A stretch of 64,000 bases of DNA, from positions 190,402,001 to 190,466,000 of the forward strand of contig OZ024741.1 in NCBI GenBank assembly GCA_964016885.1. The letters run 5' to 3'. Position numbers and translations under genes: made by a program. The number at the start of each line of letters is the position of its first letter. Position 1 is the stretch's first letter. Source of the stretch: Eledone cirrhosa. Taxonomy: Eukaryota. The notes beneath the pieces are model-generated. The model saw only the letters and a program-made list of their open reading frames with translations. It ran no database searches and was not told where the DNA came from. Below are positions 12,372-24,678 of this stretch, in pieces.

Positions 12372-13880
12372 TGGTAGACTACCCAGGGAGCTGAAAGAAG
12401 GCACAATATGCCCTATCCATAAAGGAGGTAGCAGAGCGGAGGCCAAAAACTATAGGTCAGTCTCCCTGATGTCACATATCAGTAAGGTCATGGAGCAAAT
12501 CATCAGAGAGAAACTGATCACTTTCCTTGAGGAAAATGACCGCCTGACTAGCATGTAGCATGGCTTTCGCCCCAGGAAGAAGCTGCCTTACACAGCTGCT
12601 ACATCACTACGACTGGGTACTGAAACAACTGCTAGACAGTGCACATGTGGACATGATATATCTTGACTTTGCGAAGGCCTTTGACAAGGTCGACCACAGA
12701 ATGATATGTCACAAACTACACAGACTCGGCATAACTGGAAAAGTAGGTCAGTGGCTGCATGACTTCTTAAAGGACAGAAGCCAGACAGTCGCAGCAAACG
12801 GGGCCCTCTCAAAGAAAACATCAATAACAAGTGGGGTGCCCCAAGGCACAGTCCTGGACCACTACTGTTTTTGGTGGTTCTCTCAGACATGCCCTCTGTA
12901 GTACATACAACATCCGTCACTAGCTATGCTGATGACACTAAGGTAGCACAGGCAATCAAAAACCCGGCTGACGCTGCCCTTTTACAACAAGATCTGGATG
13001 CCATATACAAATGGTAGGAAGACAACAACATGCAGTTTAATGCTGGCAAATTCCAAGCCCTACCTACAATACAAACCTCCAAACAAACCTGCAAACACGA
13101 ATATAGTACAACACAACTACACAGGACCAGGAGGGACCGATATCCCCGTGTCGAAATTGGTACGAGACCTGGGTATAGACATGAGCATCATGAAAGTGGT
13201 GACAATGTGCACACGACTTGCTGGCTGGATCTTGAGGACTTTCCGAACAAGTGACCGAGACACCATGTTGACACTATAGAGGAAATTTGTCCTAAGCCAC
13301 CTGGTTGTGGTCACCCCATAGTGTCAAACTAACCACGGAGCTTCAGGCAATCCAGCGAAGCTACACCAAGAGGATTGCGATGATGAAGGAGATAAGCTAC
13401 TGGGAGAGGCTAAAAGAACTGAACCTCTCTTCCTTGGAATGAAGGCAGGAGTGATACGCAGTGATCTACATGTGGAAAATCCTGGAGGGACTAGCACCAA
13501 ACTTTGGCATTGGGAGCTGGACCAACTCCGAACAGGACGGCACTATGTGGTACCAAAGGTCCCGTCTTCCATATCTAGAATAAGGAGCAGATATTGCAAT
13601 AGCCTGGGGTTCAAGGACCCTCAACTCTTCAACAAGCTGCTGAGGGATCTGAGAGATTTGCATGGTGTAGATGTGGATGTTTTCAAGAAACATCTCGACA
13701 CCTTGCTATCCAGAATCCCGGATGAGCCTACAGCAAGGCATGAGGGAAACCTAAGGGCAGCAACAACGAATTCCCTCTTGCACCAGTGGCCAACCAATAC
13801 AGGCTGGAGATAAAATGTGTAGCAACAAGGGCGGTGCCCCAGCATGGCCTCAGCCGGATGGCTGGAACAGGTAAAAGAGT
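12372..13880 (+). mobile_element. 5'-truncated CR1-group LINE, decayed RT
   Basis: IYLDFAKAFDKVDH, SGVPQGTVL, YADDTK, GPQLFN-like and FKKHLD motifs; several stops and frameshifts. Confidence 0.9.
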
Positions 13881-13949
13881 ATACATAATATATATATAAT
13901 ATATATATATACATAATATATATAATATATATATACATAATATATAAAT

Positions 13950-14720
13950 TGGAAATGAACGAAGCATGCATGCTCTGCTGGATGTGTAATAGTAATATAC
14001 GTGAACGGCAAAGCATAAATGAACTAAGTGAGAAATTAGGAATAAGAGGGATCAGATGTTGTTTATTCGAGAGAAGACTACGTTGGTATGGCCACGTGAT
14101 GCGCATGAAAGATGACAGCTGTATAAAAAAATGCAGGGCGATCAAAATTGATGGTAGTTACGGAGTAGGTAGACCCAGAAAAACCTGGGATGATTTGATA
14201 AATTCCGACCTTACACACTTGCACCTCCCTAAGACAATGTCACTGGACCGAGATCTTTGGCGCCACGCAGTAATACAGAAGACCCGCCTTGCCTGTGTAC
14301 AAAGCGAAACCTACAGTCAGTAGGCACCTCTTAACCAAATATACACCCAATCCACTACCTCTACTCCATCCTCCCACTCCCACCAACACCACCCTCTCTC
14401 TATAAAGTTGGTACCACAACATCCAGTTCAAATAAATGAGATAATCAGATTGAGATCGAGATCGTGTAGGTGTCACGAAAAAAAACACACAGTCCACGCT
14501 GTAATGTGGCCGTGTAGGTAACACGGTAAAAAGTTCCCAGTTCCACACTGTAAATGTGGTTGGTGTTAGGAAGGGCATCCAGCCGTAGAAAACCTGCCAG
14601 ATAGTCCTATATGAGCGAGACATGGTCACCCGACCAACCTTGCCTCAAGTGGGACAACTCCCGTCTAACCCATGCTAGCATGGAAAATGGACGTTAAACG
14701 AAGATGATGATGATGATGAT
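13950..14720 (+). mobile_element. RTE LINE 3' fragment with 3' UTR and (GAT)n tail
   Basis: RRLRWYGHVMRM, GRPRKTW; same family as 22527-24239. Confidence 0.88.
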
Positions 14721-14837
14721 ATATAATATATATATATATATATAATATATATATACATAATATATATATATATATATATAATATATGTATATACATAATA
14801 AATATATATACATAATATATAAAATCAAGGTCAAGCA

Positions 14838-16011
14838 ATTGTAACCAGTTCTCTGGTTACAATCAGAGAGATAAAATCAGAGTATATAGAGGAGCCAGAA
14901 CCAAATGGGAAAAAATAGTAAATAATGATACAAATGGGACCTGCCCCTTGTATAGGAGCAAATTTTGGAATAGAATAGAAAGAACTAGGAATAAGGTTAA
15001 TAGAATAAACTTATGGTATGATAGCAATAAATACCAGAGTGTAATGTTCAACAATGTACAACCCCTAGAGGTGAACTAGCTTACACATTTAGAAGGGCCC
15101 TAGATAAACTTAAACTAAATATTAAGATAGTAGAAAGATCAGGTACCTCCATAAAAACACTTATTAGTAATACATACCCTTTTCAAAGACCTCCCTGTAT
15201 AGATAAGAAATGCATAATCTGTAAACTAAGCCCCCATATTAACTGCAAAACTAGAAACATAGTATATAGCATAAGATGTACTGAAGGACAATGTAAAGAT
15301 AAGAATATAGTGTACATAGGTGAGACAGCTCGTAGTATAGGAGAATGATTAAATGAACACTGGCGAGAGCTTCAAGATAGAAAAGAATCATCAGTACTCC
15401 ACCAACATGCTAAAATAGAACATAAGGGCAAATTAGAGAACATAGAAATAAAAATAAAATCTACACACAGAAAAGACGCAATGTTTAGACAAATCACAGA
15501 GGCAATAAACATAAATGAACTCCAACTAAATTAAATAGAAACATGAATGGAATAGCAACATCACAACTTACAATTAAGGACAAAATGAAAACACATACAC
15601 ATAGAACAAATGTAAATAAACAAATAAATAAACAAATAAAAACACACACAGACACCCAGATGTAACACGTGCGCAAACTAAGCACACTACACACACAAAA
15701 ACAAGAAGGCGTAGGACTGAACAAAGGAGAAGCACAAAACAAAGAAAATAATCTCCAGTCACTGAAGAGGTCACAGAATGTGTGACAAAAGAACTTTGAC
15801 AATATATGTCCCCATGTCCAGTTGAGGAATCAATCAACCAACCGGAAATTTATAAATTTTTAAATTTATAATTTAATTTATAATAAATTGGAGTGAAAGC
15901 AACTGGTGCGTGTTTCTTATTGGCAACATGACCCTCCCGAAGTATAACAATATCGGTTTCAACACATGTTTTCAGATAAAGAATCTTGCTAAACAAATTC
16001 AGAAATGATAC

Positions 16012-16012
<1 letters not shown>
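14838..16012 (+). mobile_element. Penelope-like element 3' fragment (Naiad-like): RT C-terminal region, Cys-rich linker, GIY-YIG endonuclease, pLTR
   Basis: Manual translation: QFSGYN..GTCPLYRSKFW..TPRGEL..IKIVERSG..CIDKKCIICK..NCKTRNIVYSIRC..C..VYIGETARSIGE*LNEH..LHQH..EH..RQITEA; frameshift near 15055; ends in (TA)n. Confidence 0.88.
15758..15800 (+). ncRNA. Hammerhead motif in the pLTR of the Naiad-like element, core mutated GAAA to AAAA (family D)
   Basis: gtca CTGAAGA g gtcaca gaatg tgtgac AAAA gaac TT tgac; the homologous copy at 54455 keeps GAAA. Confidence 0.6.
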
Positions 16013-16491
<479 letters not shown>

Positions 16492-16753
16492 GGAAAAGAA
16501 TGAAATGAAATTTCCTTTCTCACTCTTAGTACGGCTGATACTTAAATATAAGTATGTATACGTACATACATATATGTATACAGACGTACAGTAGTATGTA
16601 TATATATACATACATGCACACATATATATATGTATGTATGGGTTTACCGAACATTTATTATAATGTTTGGTTTGTTTGTAAACAAACAGCCCGAATTAAG
16701 CCGTACAATGCTCGGCAACCATCGTTGCCTTTTTGTTCAACTCTGACAAAGGA

Positions 16754-16796
16754 ACGATGAACTAGTTTCAAGCTTATTAGCTATCGTCAGCATCGT
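16754..16796 (-). ncRNA. Minimal type I hammerhead ribozyme (family E)
   Basis: Minus strand: acgatg CTGACGA t agct aata agct t GAAA ctag TT catcgt; perfect 6-bp stem I, palindromic stem III, U-U at the base of stem II. Confidence 0.75.
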
Positions 16797-17007
16797 ATAC
16801 CCTCCTGTCAGATGATTGAAGGTTTGAATGTATATACTTTCCGTATGTATATTAATGGTTGAGCAGCCTAATTTGCATATCGAGTGATGTATATATATAT
16901 ATATGGATATGTATGTATATATATATGTATATGTATGTATCCAGCCTGACTATTTCTATGTCCCCATGCATATACATACACATGCACCCATGTATATACA
17001 CAATTGC

Positions 17008-17318
17008 GCGGTTGAACCACTGGGAGTGAAGGACTCCTAGCCTTTGTCAGGGCATTCTTCTAGGAGAAGGTAACTCGGGAAACTGGGATAACTCCGATAT
17101 AAAACCTGCGGCTCAGTAGTTACCGATGATGTTGATCTTTTCTTCTTTTCAGGATATAGTTACTGTTGCTCAGAGAGTGGGATTGGCTCAGTGCAGTCTT
17201 TTCTCACTTTAAAAAATATCTTCACGCACAGGCATTGCACAATAGAATTAATTAATAATTATTAATAATGGTATATCGTGCAATGGCCATACTCGATAAT
17301 GAGGGGGCAGCCATCATA
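17008..17318 (+). mobile_element. Diverged relative of the non-coding RTE-UTR-like elements at 17449 and 18957
   Basis: Shares tagcctttgtca.ggca...ctaggagaagg.aactc, agagagtggga.tggct and ggcc.tactcga...ggcagcca.cat. Confidence 0.6.
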
Positions 17319-17448
17319 TGTATGTGTATATATATATATATGTATATATGTGTATATATATATATATGTATATATATGTATGTATGACTGTATGTATATA
17401 TGTATGTATGCATGTATATATATGTATGCATGTATATATATATATGTA

Positions 17449-18040
17449 TGCTACTGGTAACATGTATCCCAGTACAACCTGTCTCATGGTCGGGTCGTTG
17501 GCGACTAAACTGGCAACCCCACCAAGATTTCTTGGTGAGGAGGGTGACTTTGGACATCCTGCAGGACTAAAAACAAAACCTGTCAAAGGGCAAAGGAGCT
17601 CTTAAGAGTCAATGGCCATCCAAAATCACTGGGAGAGATGACCCCTTAGCCTTTGTCAAGGCAGAATTCTAGGAGAAGGAAAACTCTGATATAACACCTG
17701 CAACCCTGATGGTATCCAATGATGTTGACTTGTTCTTCTTTTTGGTAAATATCATCTTGGTTAAGAGAGTGGGACTGGCTTTGTGCAGTGCCTTTGCTCA
17801 CTATAAAAGCTTCACGGCACAGGCATTGCTTTGTATCTGGAGAACTCTCTGCACTTGTCATCACATGGTACCATGGGCCCAGCACTATGTGTCAATAATT
17901 GTCACAAGTGTAGTGTTTGTACCAGAGTTTTCAAGTCGCTGGCTGGACTAAAAATTCACACTCGTTCAGCGCATCGGTAGGGGTTCTCCTACATAGATAT
18001 AAAGTAGTGGCCGTACTCGAAAACGAGTTGGCAGCCACCA
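17449..18040 (+). mobile_element. Non-autonomous retroelement resembling an RTE 5' UTR, copy 1
   Basis: ctaggagaaggaaaactctga motif, recalled as typical of RTE 5' regions; near-identical to 18974-19557; flanked by microsatellites. Confidence 0.55.
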
Positions 18041-18952
18041 TATATATATATATATGTATGTATGTATATGTGTATGTGTGTGTATATATATATATGTATG
18101 TATATGTATGTATATGTGTGTGTGTATATGTATGAATGTGTATATGTATATGTGTATGTATGTATATATGTATATGTGTATGTATATATGTATGTATATG
18201 TGTATGTATGTGTGTATGTATATATGTATGTATATGTATATGTATGTGTATATGTGTATGTATGTGTGTATGTATATATATATATGTATATGTGTATGTA
18301 TGTATGTATGTATGTGTGTGTATGTGTATGTATGTATATGTGTGTATATGTATATATATGTATGTATGTATGTGTATATGTGTATGTATGTGTATGTATG
18401 TGTGTATATGTATATGTGTATATATGTGTGTGTATATGTATGTGTATGTATGTATGTATGTGTATATATGTATGTGTATGTATGTATATGTGTGTATGTA
18501 TGTGTATATGTGTATATATATGTATGTATATGTGTATATATATATGTATGTATGTGTATGTATGTGTATGTATGTGTATATATGTATATGTGTATGTGTA
18601 TATATATGTGTATATATGTATGTGTATATGTATGTATATATGTATGTATATGTATGTATGTATGTATAAGTATGTATGTATATATGTATATATGTATGTA
18701 TGTGTGTATGTATGTATATGTATGTATATGTGTATATGTATGTATGTGTGTATATGTGTATATGTATATGTATATATGTATGTATATGTGTATATGTATA
18801 TATATGTATATATGTGTATATGTGTATGTATATGTATATGTATATATGTGTGTATATGTGTGTATGTGTGTGTGTATATATATATGTATATATGTGTGTA
18901 TATGTGTATGTATGTGTATATATATGTATATATATATGTATATATATATGTA
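18040..18952. repeat. Cryptic simple repeat of TA/TG/TATG units, about 0.9 kb
   Basis: Read directly. Confidence 0.97.
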
Positions 18953-18956
18953 TTAT

Positions 18957-19557
18957 GTCAGGTCACCAGTTGGTGCTACTGGTAACATGTATCCCAGTAC
19001 AACCTGTCCCATGGTCGGGTCGTTGGCGACTAAACTGGCAACCCCACCAAGGTTTCTTGGTGAGGAGGGTGACTTTGGACATCCTGCAGGACTAAAAACA
19101 AAACCTGGCAAAGGAGCTCTTAAGAGTCAATGGCCATCCAAAATCACCGGGAGAGATGACCCCTTAGCCTTTGTCAAGGCAGAATTCTAAGAGAAGGAAA
19201 ACTCTGATATAACACCTGCAACCCTGATGGTATCCAATGATGTTGACTTATTCTTCTTTTTGGTAAATATCATCTTGGTTAAGAGAGTGGGACTGGCTTT
19301 GTGCAGTGCCTTTGCTCACTATAAAAGCTTCACGGCACAGGCATTGCTTTATATCTGGAGATCTCTCTACACTTGTCGTCACATGGTACCAAAGGCCCAA
19401 CACTATGTGTCAATAATTGTCACAAGTGTAGTGTTTGTACCAGAGTTTTCAAGTCGCTGGCTGGACTAAAAGTCACACTTGTTTAGCGCATCGGTAGGGG
19501 TTCTCCTACATGGATATAAAGTAGTGGCCGTACTCGAAAACGAGTTGGCAGCCACCA
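18957..19557 (+). mobile_element. Non-autonomous retroelement resembling an RTE 5' UTR, copy 2
   Basis: Direct repeat of 17449-18040 at an offset of about 1525 bp. Confidence 0.55.
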
Positions 19558-19561
19558 TATG

Positions 19562-19606
<45 letters not shown>

Positions 19607-19640
19607 ATAAAATTAGAATTGGTGCTCTGAAATAGCGATG

Positions 19641-19983
19641 TATATATGAATGTATATATAGTGTATTTTGTAATACACTGTATGCTTAATTAAAAGCATT
19701 TTGAAGACCTTACGCTATTGTTTTAAAGTAGTGACTATGTCACTTACTTCTTTTTTCAACAAACAAAGGGAGATAAAATTGAAAATTGGTGCTCTGAAAT
19801 ATATGAATGTATATATGGAATACCAACAGTATGAAACGGAGATCTGTCAGCTTATCTCCCTTTGTTTGTTGAAAAAAGAAGTGACATAGTAACTACTTTA
19901 AAACAATAGCGTCAGGTCTTCAAAATGCTTTTAATTAAGCATACAGTGTATTACTAAATACACTATATATACATTTATATATA
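19641..19983. repeat. Long inverted repeat, arms about 135 bp, spacer 75 bp
   Basis: 19641-19776 is the reverse complement of 19852-19983 with few mismatches. Confidence 0.92.
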
Positions 19984-20799
19984 TGTATAAATATGTATGT
20001 ATGTATATATATATATATACATGTATGTGTGTGTGTATATATATATAGTGTGTGTGTATGTATATATTGTGCAAGTGTATATATATATATATTTTGTCTG
20101 ACTAGTTAAGGGTACTCTATTTTCCTTGCATTATTGGATTGCAGTTAATCCTAGTGTAAACCATGTTGAGCACTCAATGTGATATTTTGATTTCTAAAAT
20201 GATGTGGTATTGGCCGGAGGGACAGTTCCCTAATTTCTTTTGTCATGTAGGAATAGGAGTCAAATCACCACCAGTTATGAAATAGGATCGTAGAATATAA
20301 AAAAAAAAAAAAAAAAAAAAAAAGATAATTGTTTAACATATGCTTATGTTACACATGTTTTACCAGTGATCAGGTCAGAACCACCCTCTATTATATAACA
20401 TTACATAACTGTATTTTCCAACTCCCTAGGCCACTGTTTCTTCAGACATATTAAAACATTAACTGTTAAAACAGAACAGTTACATAGTTATGTAATTGAG
20501 GGCAGATTTGAGCCTTATAACTGCTGAAATGTTCGCATGATAATAAACATGTTATATATTAAATTGATCTCTCTTCTAGTTTACCTCCCTCCATATATAT
20601 ACGTGTGTATAGGTCACACTGATATATAAGTGACACTTCTATTTTATTATACATACACTTATGTTGTACTATATATTCCAGAATGAATTTTTTAAAGTTC
20701 CATAGACTAGTCACATGCTGGTTTTTCCCCATTGTATTTTCATGGAAAAGGTGCAACTTCTACATGAGTATATACAGTACATATTATTAGAAGCTGAAG

Positions 20800-20985
20800 G
20801 GCGGTGGATTGGCAGTATCGGTAGAGGGTCGGACGCCATGCTTTGACGCATAGAGTTACGGCCCTTTCCATTCTGAGTTCAAATCCCGCCGGGGTTAACT
20901 TTGCCTTTCATCCTTACGGGGTCGATAAAATAAAGTACCAGTCATGTACTGGGTAATTGCTGGCCTTGTGCCAAAAGTAGAAACA
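20800..20985 (+). mobile_element. Full-length Meta-like tRNA SINE with 17-bp target site duplication
   Basis: A-box tggcagtatcgg, B-box gagttcaaatcc; attattagaagctgaag at 20783-20799 and 20986-21002. Confidence 0.88.
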
Positions 20986-22526
20986 ATTATTAGAAGCTGA
21001 AGTATTTTAAATTGTATCTGTTTCAAGTTTCTGATTGTTGAAACCATTTAAACAATTAGTAATGTGAAACTTTGTAGTTCTTCAACAAATATGGTCTTAG
21101 ATCTTATTTTGGAACTGGAACAGTCACATGATAATAGTCATTCTATATAGCAGCCAATCAATGAGGGGATCTGATAGGATCTGTTTTGTTTTTGTTTAAT
21201 GACATACTTGTGTGCATGTACTTATACTTTAGAAAGGTTATGCTGCCAATAAAAACACATGCAGTAGTTGAGTTTCACATCAATTTTATTACTAGCCTGG
21301 AACCTGACTAATAACATCAAAGTGAAACTAATGTGGTGTGTGTGTTTTTATTGGCAGCATGACCCCCCCCCCCCCCCCCCCAAAGTAAAACAATATCTGA
21401 TTCAACATAACTTCACATTGAGAATCTTGCAAAGCAGATGGAAAAATAAAATGTATACAACACACACACACACCCAGAGTGTCAGTAGTTACTGGTTATC
21501 TTGTTTTGCTTTTGCTTGTTGCTATCTTAACTACCTGAAACATTTAGTACTTGTCATTTTGAAATTTCATGCACTGGAACTTTTGTACCAATATCTCTCC
21601 ACCTCCCGCACTCCTTAGTGTAAGTTAAAACTTGGATTTCTTGGAATTACATACAAATGCCAAACCTTCTGTTGGGTAATCAGATCTCCATGTGTCTGAA
21701 ATACCGCCACATTCAAGTTATATCACTTGGAAGGTATAGTATTGATGGGAGTTTGTGGTTCTTTGGCCACTCATGCTGGTGACTTCTACATTGAAGTGTT
21801 GTAGGAGTAGTGGTTTCATCTTGATATATTGGTGTATGTCTGAGCCTTTGATGGCCTATAATGGGGAGGCACTGCATTTAAAGAGGAGAAAGAAGCACAA
21901 AGGTGGTCATACTCGATAGCAATTCAACAAGCATCACACACACATTTATATATAATATCTAATCCATGCAAGCATGGAAAATAGACATTAAACAGTAATG
22001 ATGATGATGATGATGATATATACTCACATACATAGATATATTCATATCAATTACATCCTGGTAATCATTGTAACTATTAAAAACACGCAGTTATATTCAC
22101 TTTTAATGAATTATTTTGTAATAATATACCAATGTCTTTGCTGTACATCTGTGACCTGTTTACTGATACTCCACTTCAATGTATATGTCCTTGGTCAATA
22201 CTTCTATGTAAGAACTGACCAACAATTCCGTTAAAAGGTACTCTGAAGTAAAGTATTAATGACTCTATACTGATGTAATTATAAAAATATTAGTTTTTAC
22301 CTAAACATATTTTCTATAATTCAGTTCCACATATAATTGCACATGACCTATTGAAGTGTAGCTTTTGTTACCATTATTGTCAATTTCTAAAAATGTACCT
22401 CTTGGTGGATTTGTTTAAAATATTTTGAGGCAAAACAGGATATTTTGACATACATACAATTGGAATAAAGTAGGAAAACCAAGTTTGTCATTTTTCAATA
22501 ATTCTTGTACAAATTGGAATTTGTAA

Positions 22527-24239
22527 TTAGGGGTAACTATAGAGGCATTAAATTAATCGACCAGGTCATGAAGGTCACAGAAAAAGTAATAGCGCAACTA
22601 ATCAGAGAGCGAATTGATCTAGATGAAATGCAGTTCGGGTTTGTGTCAGGTAAAAGTACCACAGACGCTCTTTTCATTGTACGACAACTACAGGAGAAGT
22701 ACCTAGCTAAAAGTAAACCCCTATACTTAGCTTTTGTCGACTTGGAGAAAGCCTTTGACAGAGACCCCCGTTCCATTATCTGGTGGGCTCTTAGAAAACT
22801 AGGTGTTGATGAATGGCTTGTGAGAGCTATACAAGCCATGTATAAAGAAACAGTCAGCAAGGTTAGAATTAACAACGAATATAGTGAAGAGTTTAGCGTA
22901 AAAGATGGTGTTCATCACGGCTCCGTTCTTAGCCCTCTACTATTTATTATTGCCCTTCAGGCTATAACAGAGGAGTTCAAGACCGGCTGCCCATGGGAAT
23001 TCCTATACGCAGATGATCTAACGCTCATAGCTGAGTCAATGGCTGAACTAGAGAAGAAATTCCAAACATGGAAGCATGGCCTAGAATCAAAAGGCCTTAA
23101 AATTAACCTGTCTAAGATTAAAGTTCTAGTTTGTAGGAAGGAAAATAGGGCACTGGTCCCATCTGGGAAAATAGCCATGCTCAGTGTGTAGGAAAGGAGT
23201 AGGCAGAAACTCCATTTTATGTCCCAAATGCAAAGTATGGGTGCATAAAAGATGTAGTGGGATCACAGGTAAGCTAACTAAGAATATAGATTTTATATGT
23301 GGCCGGTGCTCTGGTGCAATAAGTAGCAGCAAGTGCCCACAACAGAATACTAGCTCATTCCATTGCACAGATGGTTCTATAGAAATAGTGGACACCTTTC
23401 GTTACTTGGGTGACAAAATCAGCAGTGGGGGAGGGTGCTCTGAAAGTACAGTAGCTAGAGTCAGAACTGGATAGAAAAAGTTCCGAGAGCTTATAACACT
23501 ATTAGCCACTAAAGGGTTCTCTCTAAAAATGAAAGGCAGGCTGTATGATGCCTGCATACGAACAGCAATGTTACATGGCAGTGAGACCTGGGCATTGTGT
23601 GCAGAGGATATACGCAGACTGGAGAGGAACGAAGCTTGCATGCTCCGCTGGATGTGTAATAGTAATATATGTGAACGGCATTTTAGACAGCTGTATAAAA
23701 AAGTGCAGGCCAATAAAAATAGACGGTAGCCACGGAGTAGGCAGACCCAGAAAAACCTGGGACGACTTGATAAATTCCGACCTCACACACTTACACCTCT
23801 CCAAGACAATGTCACTGGACCGAGATCTTTGGCGCTACACAGTAATACAGAAGACCCGCCTTACCTAAGTACAAAGTGAAACCTACTACAGTCAGTAGGC
23901 ACCTTTAACAAAAATACACCCCCACTCATCCACACCACCCCTTTCGATATAAAGTTATGTTGGTACCTCAACATCCAGTCCGAAATAAATGAGGTCGTGT
24001 AGGTGTCACAACAAAAAAACACACAGTCCACGCTGTAATGTGGCCGTGTAGGTAACACGGTAAAAACCTCCCAGACCACACTGTAAACATGGTTGGTGTT
24101 AGGAAGGGCATCCAACTGTAGAAAACTCGCCAGACAGTCCTATGCGAGCAAGACAACCACTCTTGCCTCAAGTGGGAAAACTCCCGTCCAAACCCATGCA
24201 AGCGTGGAAGATGGACATTAAACGATGATGATGATGATG
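22527..24239 (+). mobile_element. 5'-truncated RTE LINE: RT, PHD-like zinc finger, 3' UTR, (GAT)n tail
   Basis: NYRGIKL, QFGF, AFVDLEKAFD, GVHHGSVLSPLLF, LYADDL, C..CRKGVGRNSILCPKCKVWVHKRC..CGRC, LHGSETW. Confidence 0.93.
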
Positions 24240-24370
24240 TACATATCTGTTCTGTCAAATAAATACCTCTTCTATATAAGCATAGGTGTGGCTGTGTGGT
24301 TAAGAGGTTCACTTTGGATCTACACCATCTTGGGTACTATGTTAATAATAAAAAATAGAACAGAAGTAAA

Positions 24371-24678
24371 GTCTCATCGAAGCCATGCCAGAATTGAATG
24401 GAAGGTTGGCATCAGACCATAGAATTGTCTCATCGAAGCCATGCCAGAATTGAATGGAAGGTTGGCATCAGACCATAGAATTGTCTCATCGAAGCCATGC
24501 CAGAATGGAATGGAAGGTTGGCATCAGACCATAGAATTGTCTCATCGAAGCCATGCCAGAATTGAATGGAAGGTTGGCATCAGACCATAGAATTGTCTCA
24601 TCGAAGCCATGCCAGAATTGAATGGAAGGTTGGCATCAGACCATAGAATTGTCTCATCGAAGCCATGCCAGAATGGAA
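24371..24678 (+). repeat. 56-bp minisatellite, about 5.5 copies
   Basis: gtctcatcgaagccatgccagaattgaatggaaggttggcatcagaccatagaatt at 24371, 24427, 24483, 24539, 24595, 24651. Confidence 0.95.

Noticed and set aside
15346-15348. In-frame TGA in the Naiad-like ORF as selenocysteine
   Set aside because: It occupies the conserved Arg position (ER.xEH) of GIY-YIG, so CGA to TGA decay is simpler; the copy also has frameshifts and no SECIS was recognised
20800-20890. tRNA gene
   Set aside because: A and B boxes are present, but no cloverleaf was evident and the sequence continues into a SINE body with a target site duplication
22130-22243. Possible minus-strand exon (ttcag|...|gtatat)
   Set aside because: All three frames contain stops and no partner exons were found
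22537-23713. Antisense ORFs over LINEs (also 7616-8041, 12588-12920, 62974-63300)
   Set aside because: Shadow frames of reverse transcriptase coding sequence
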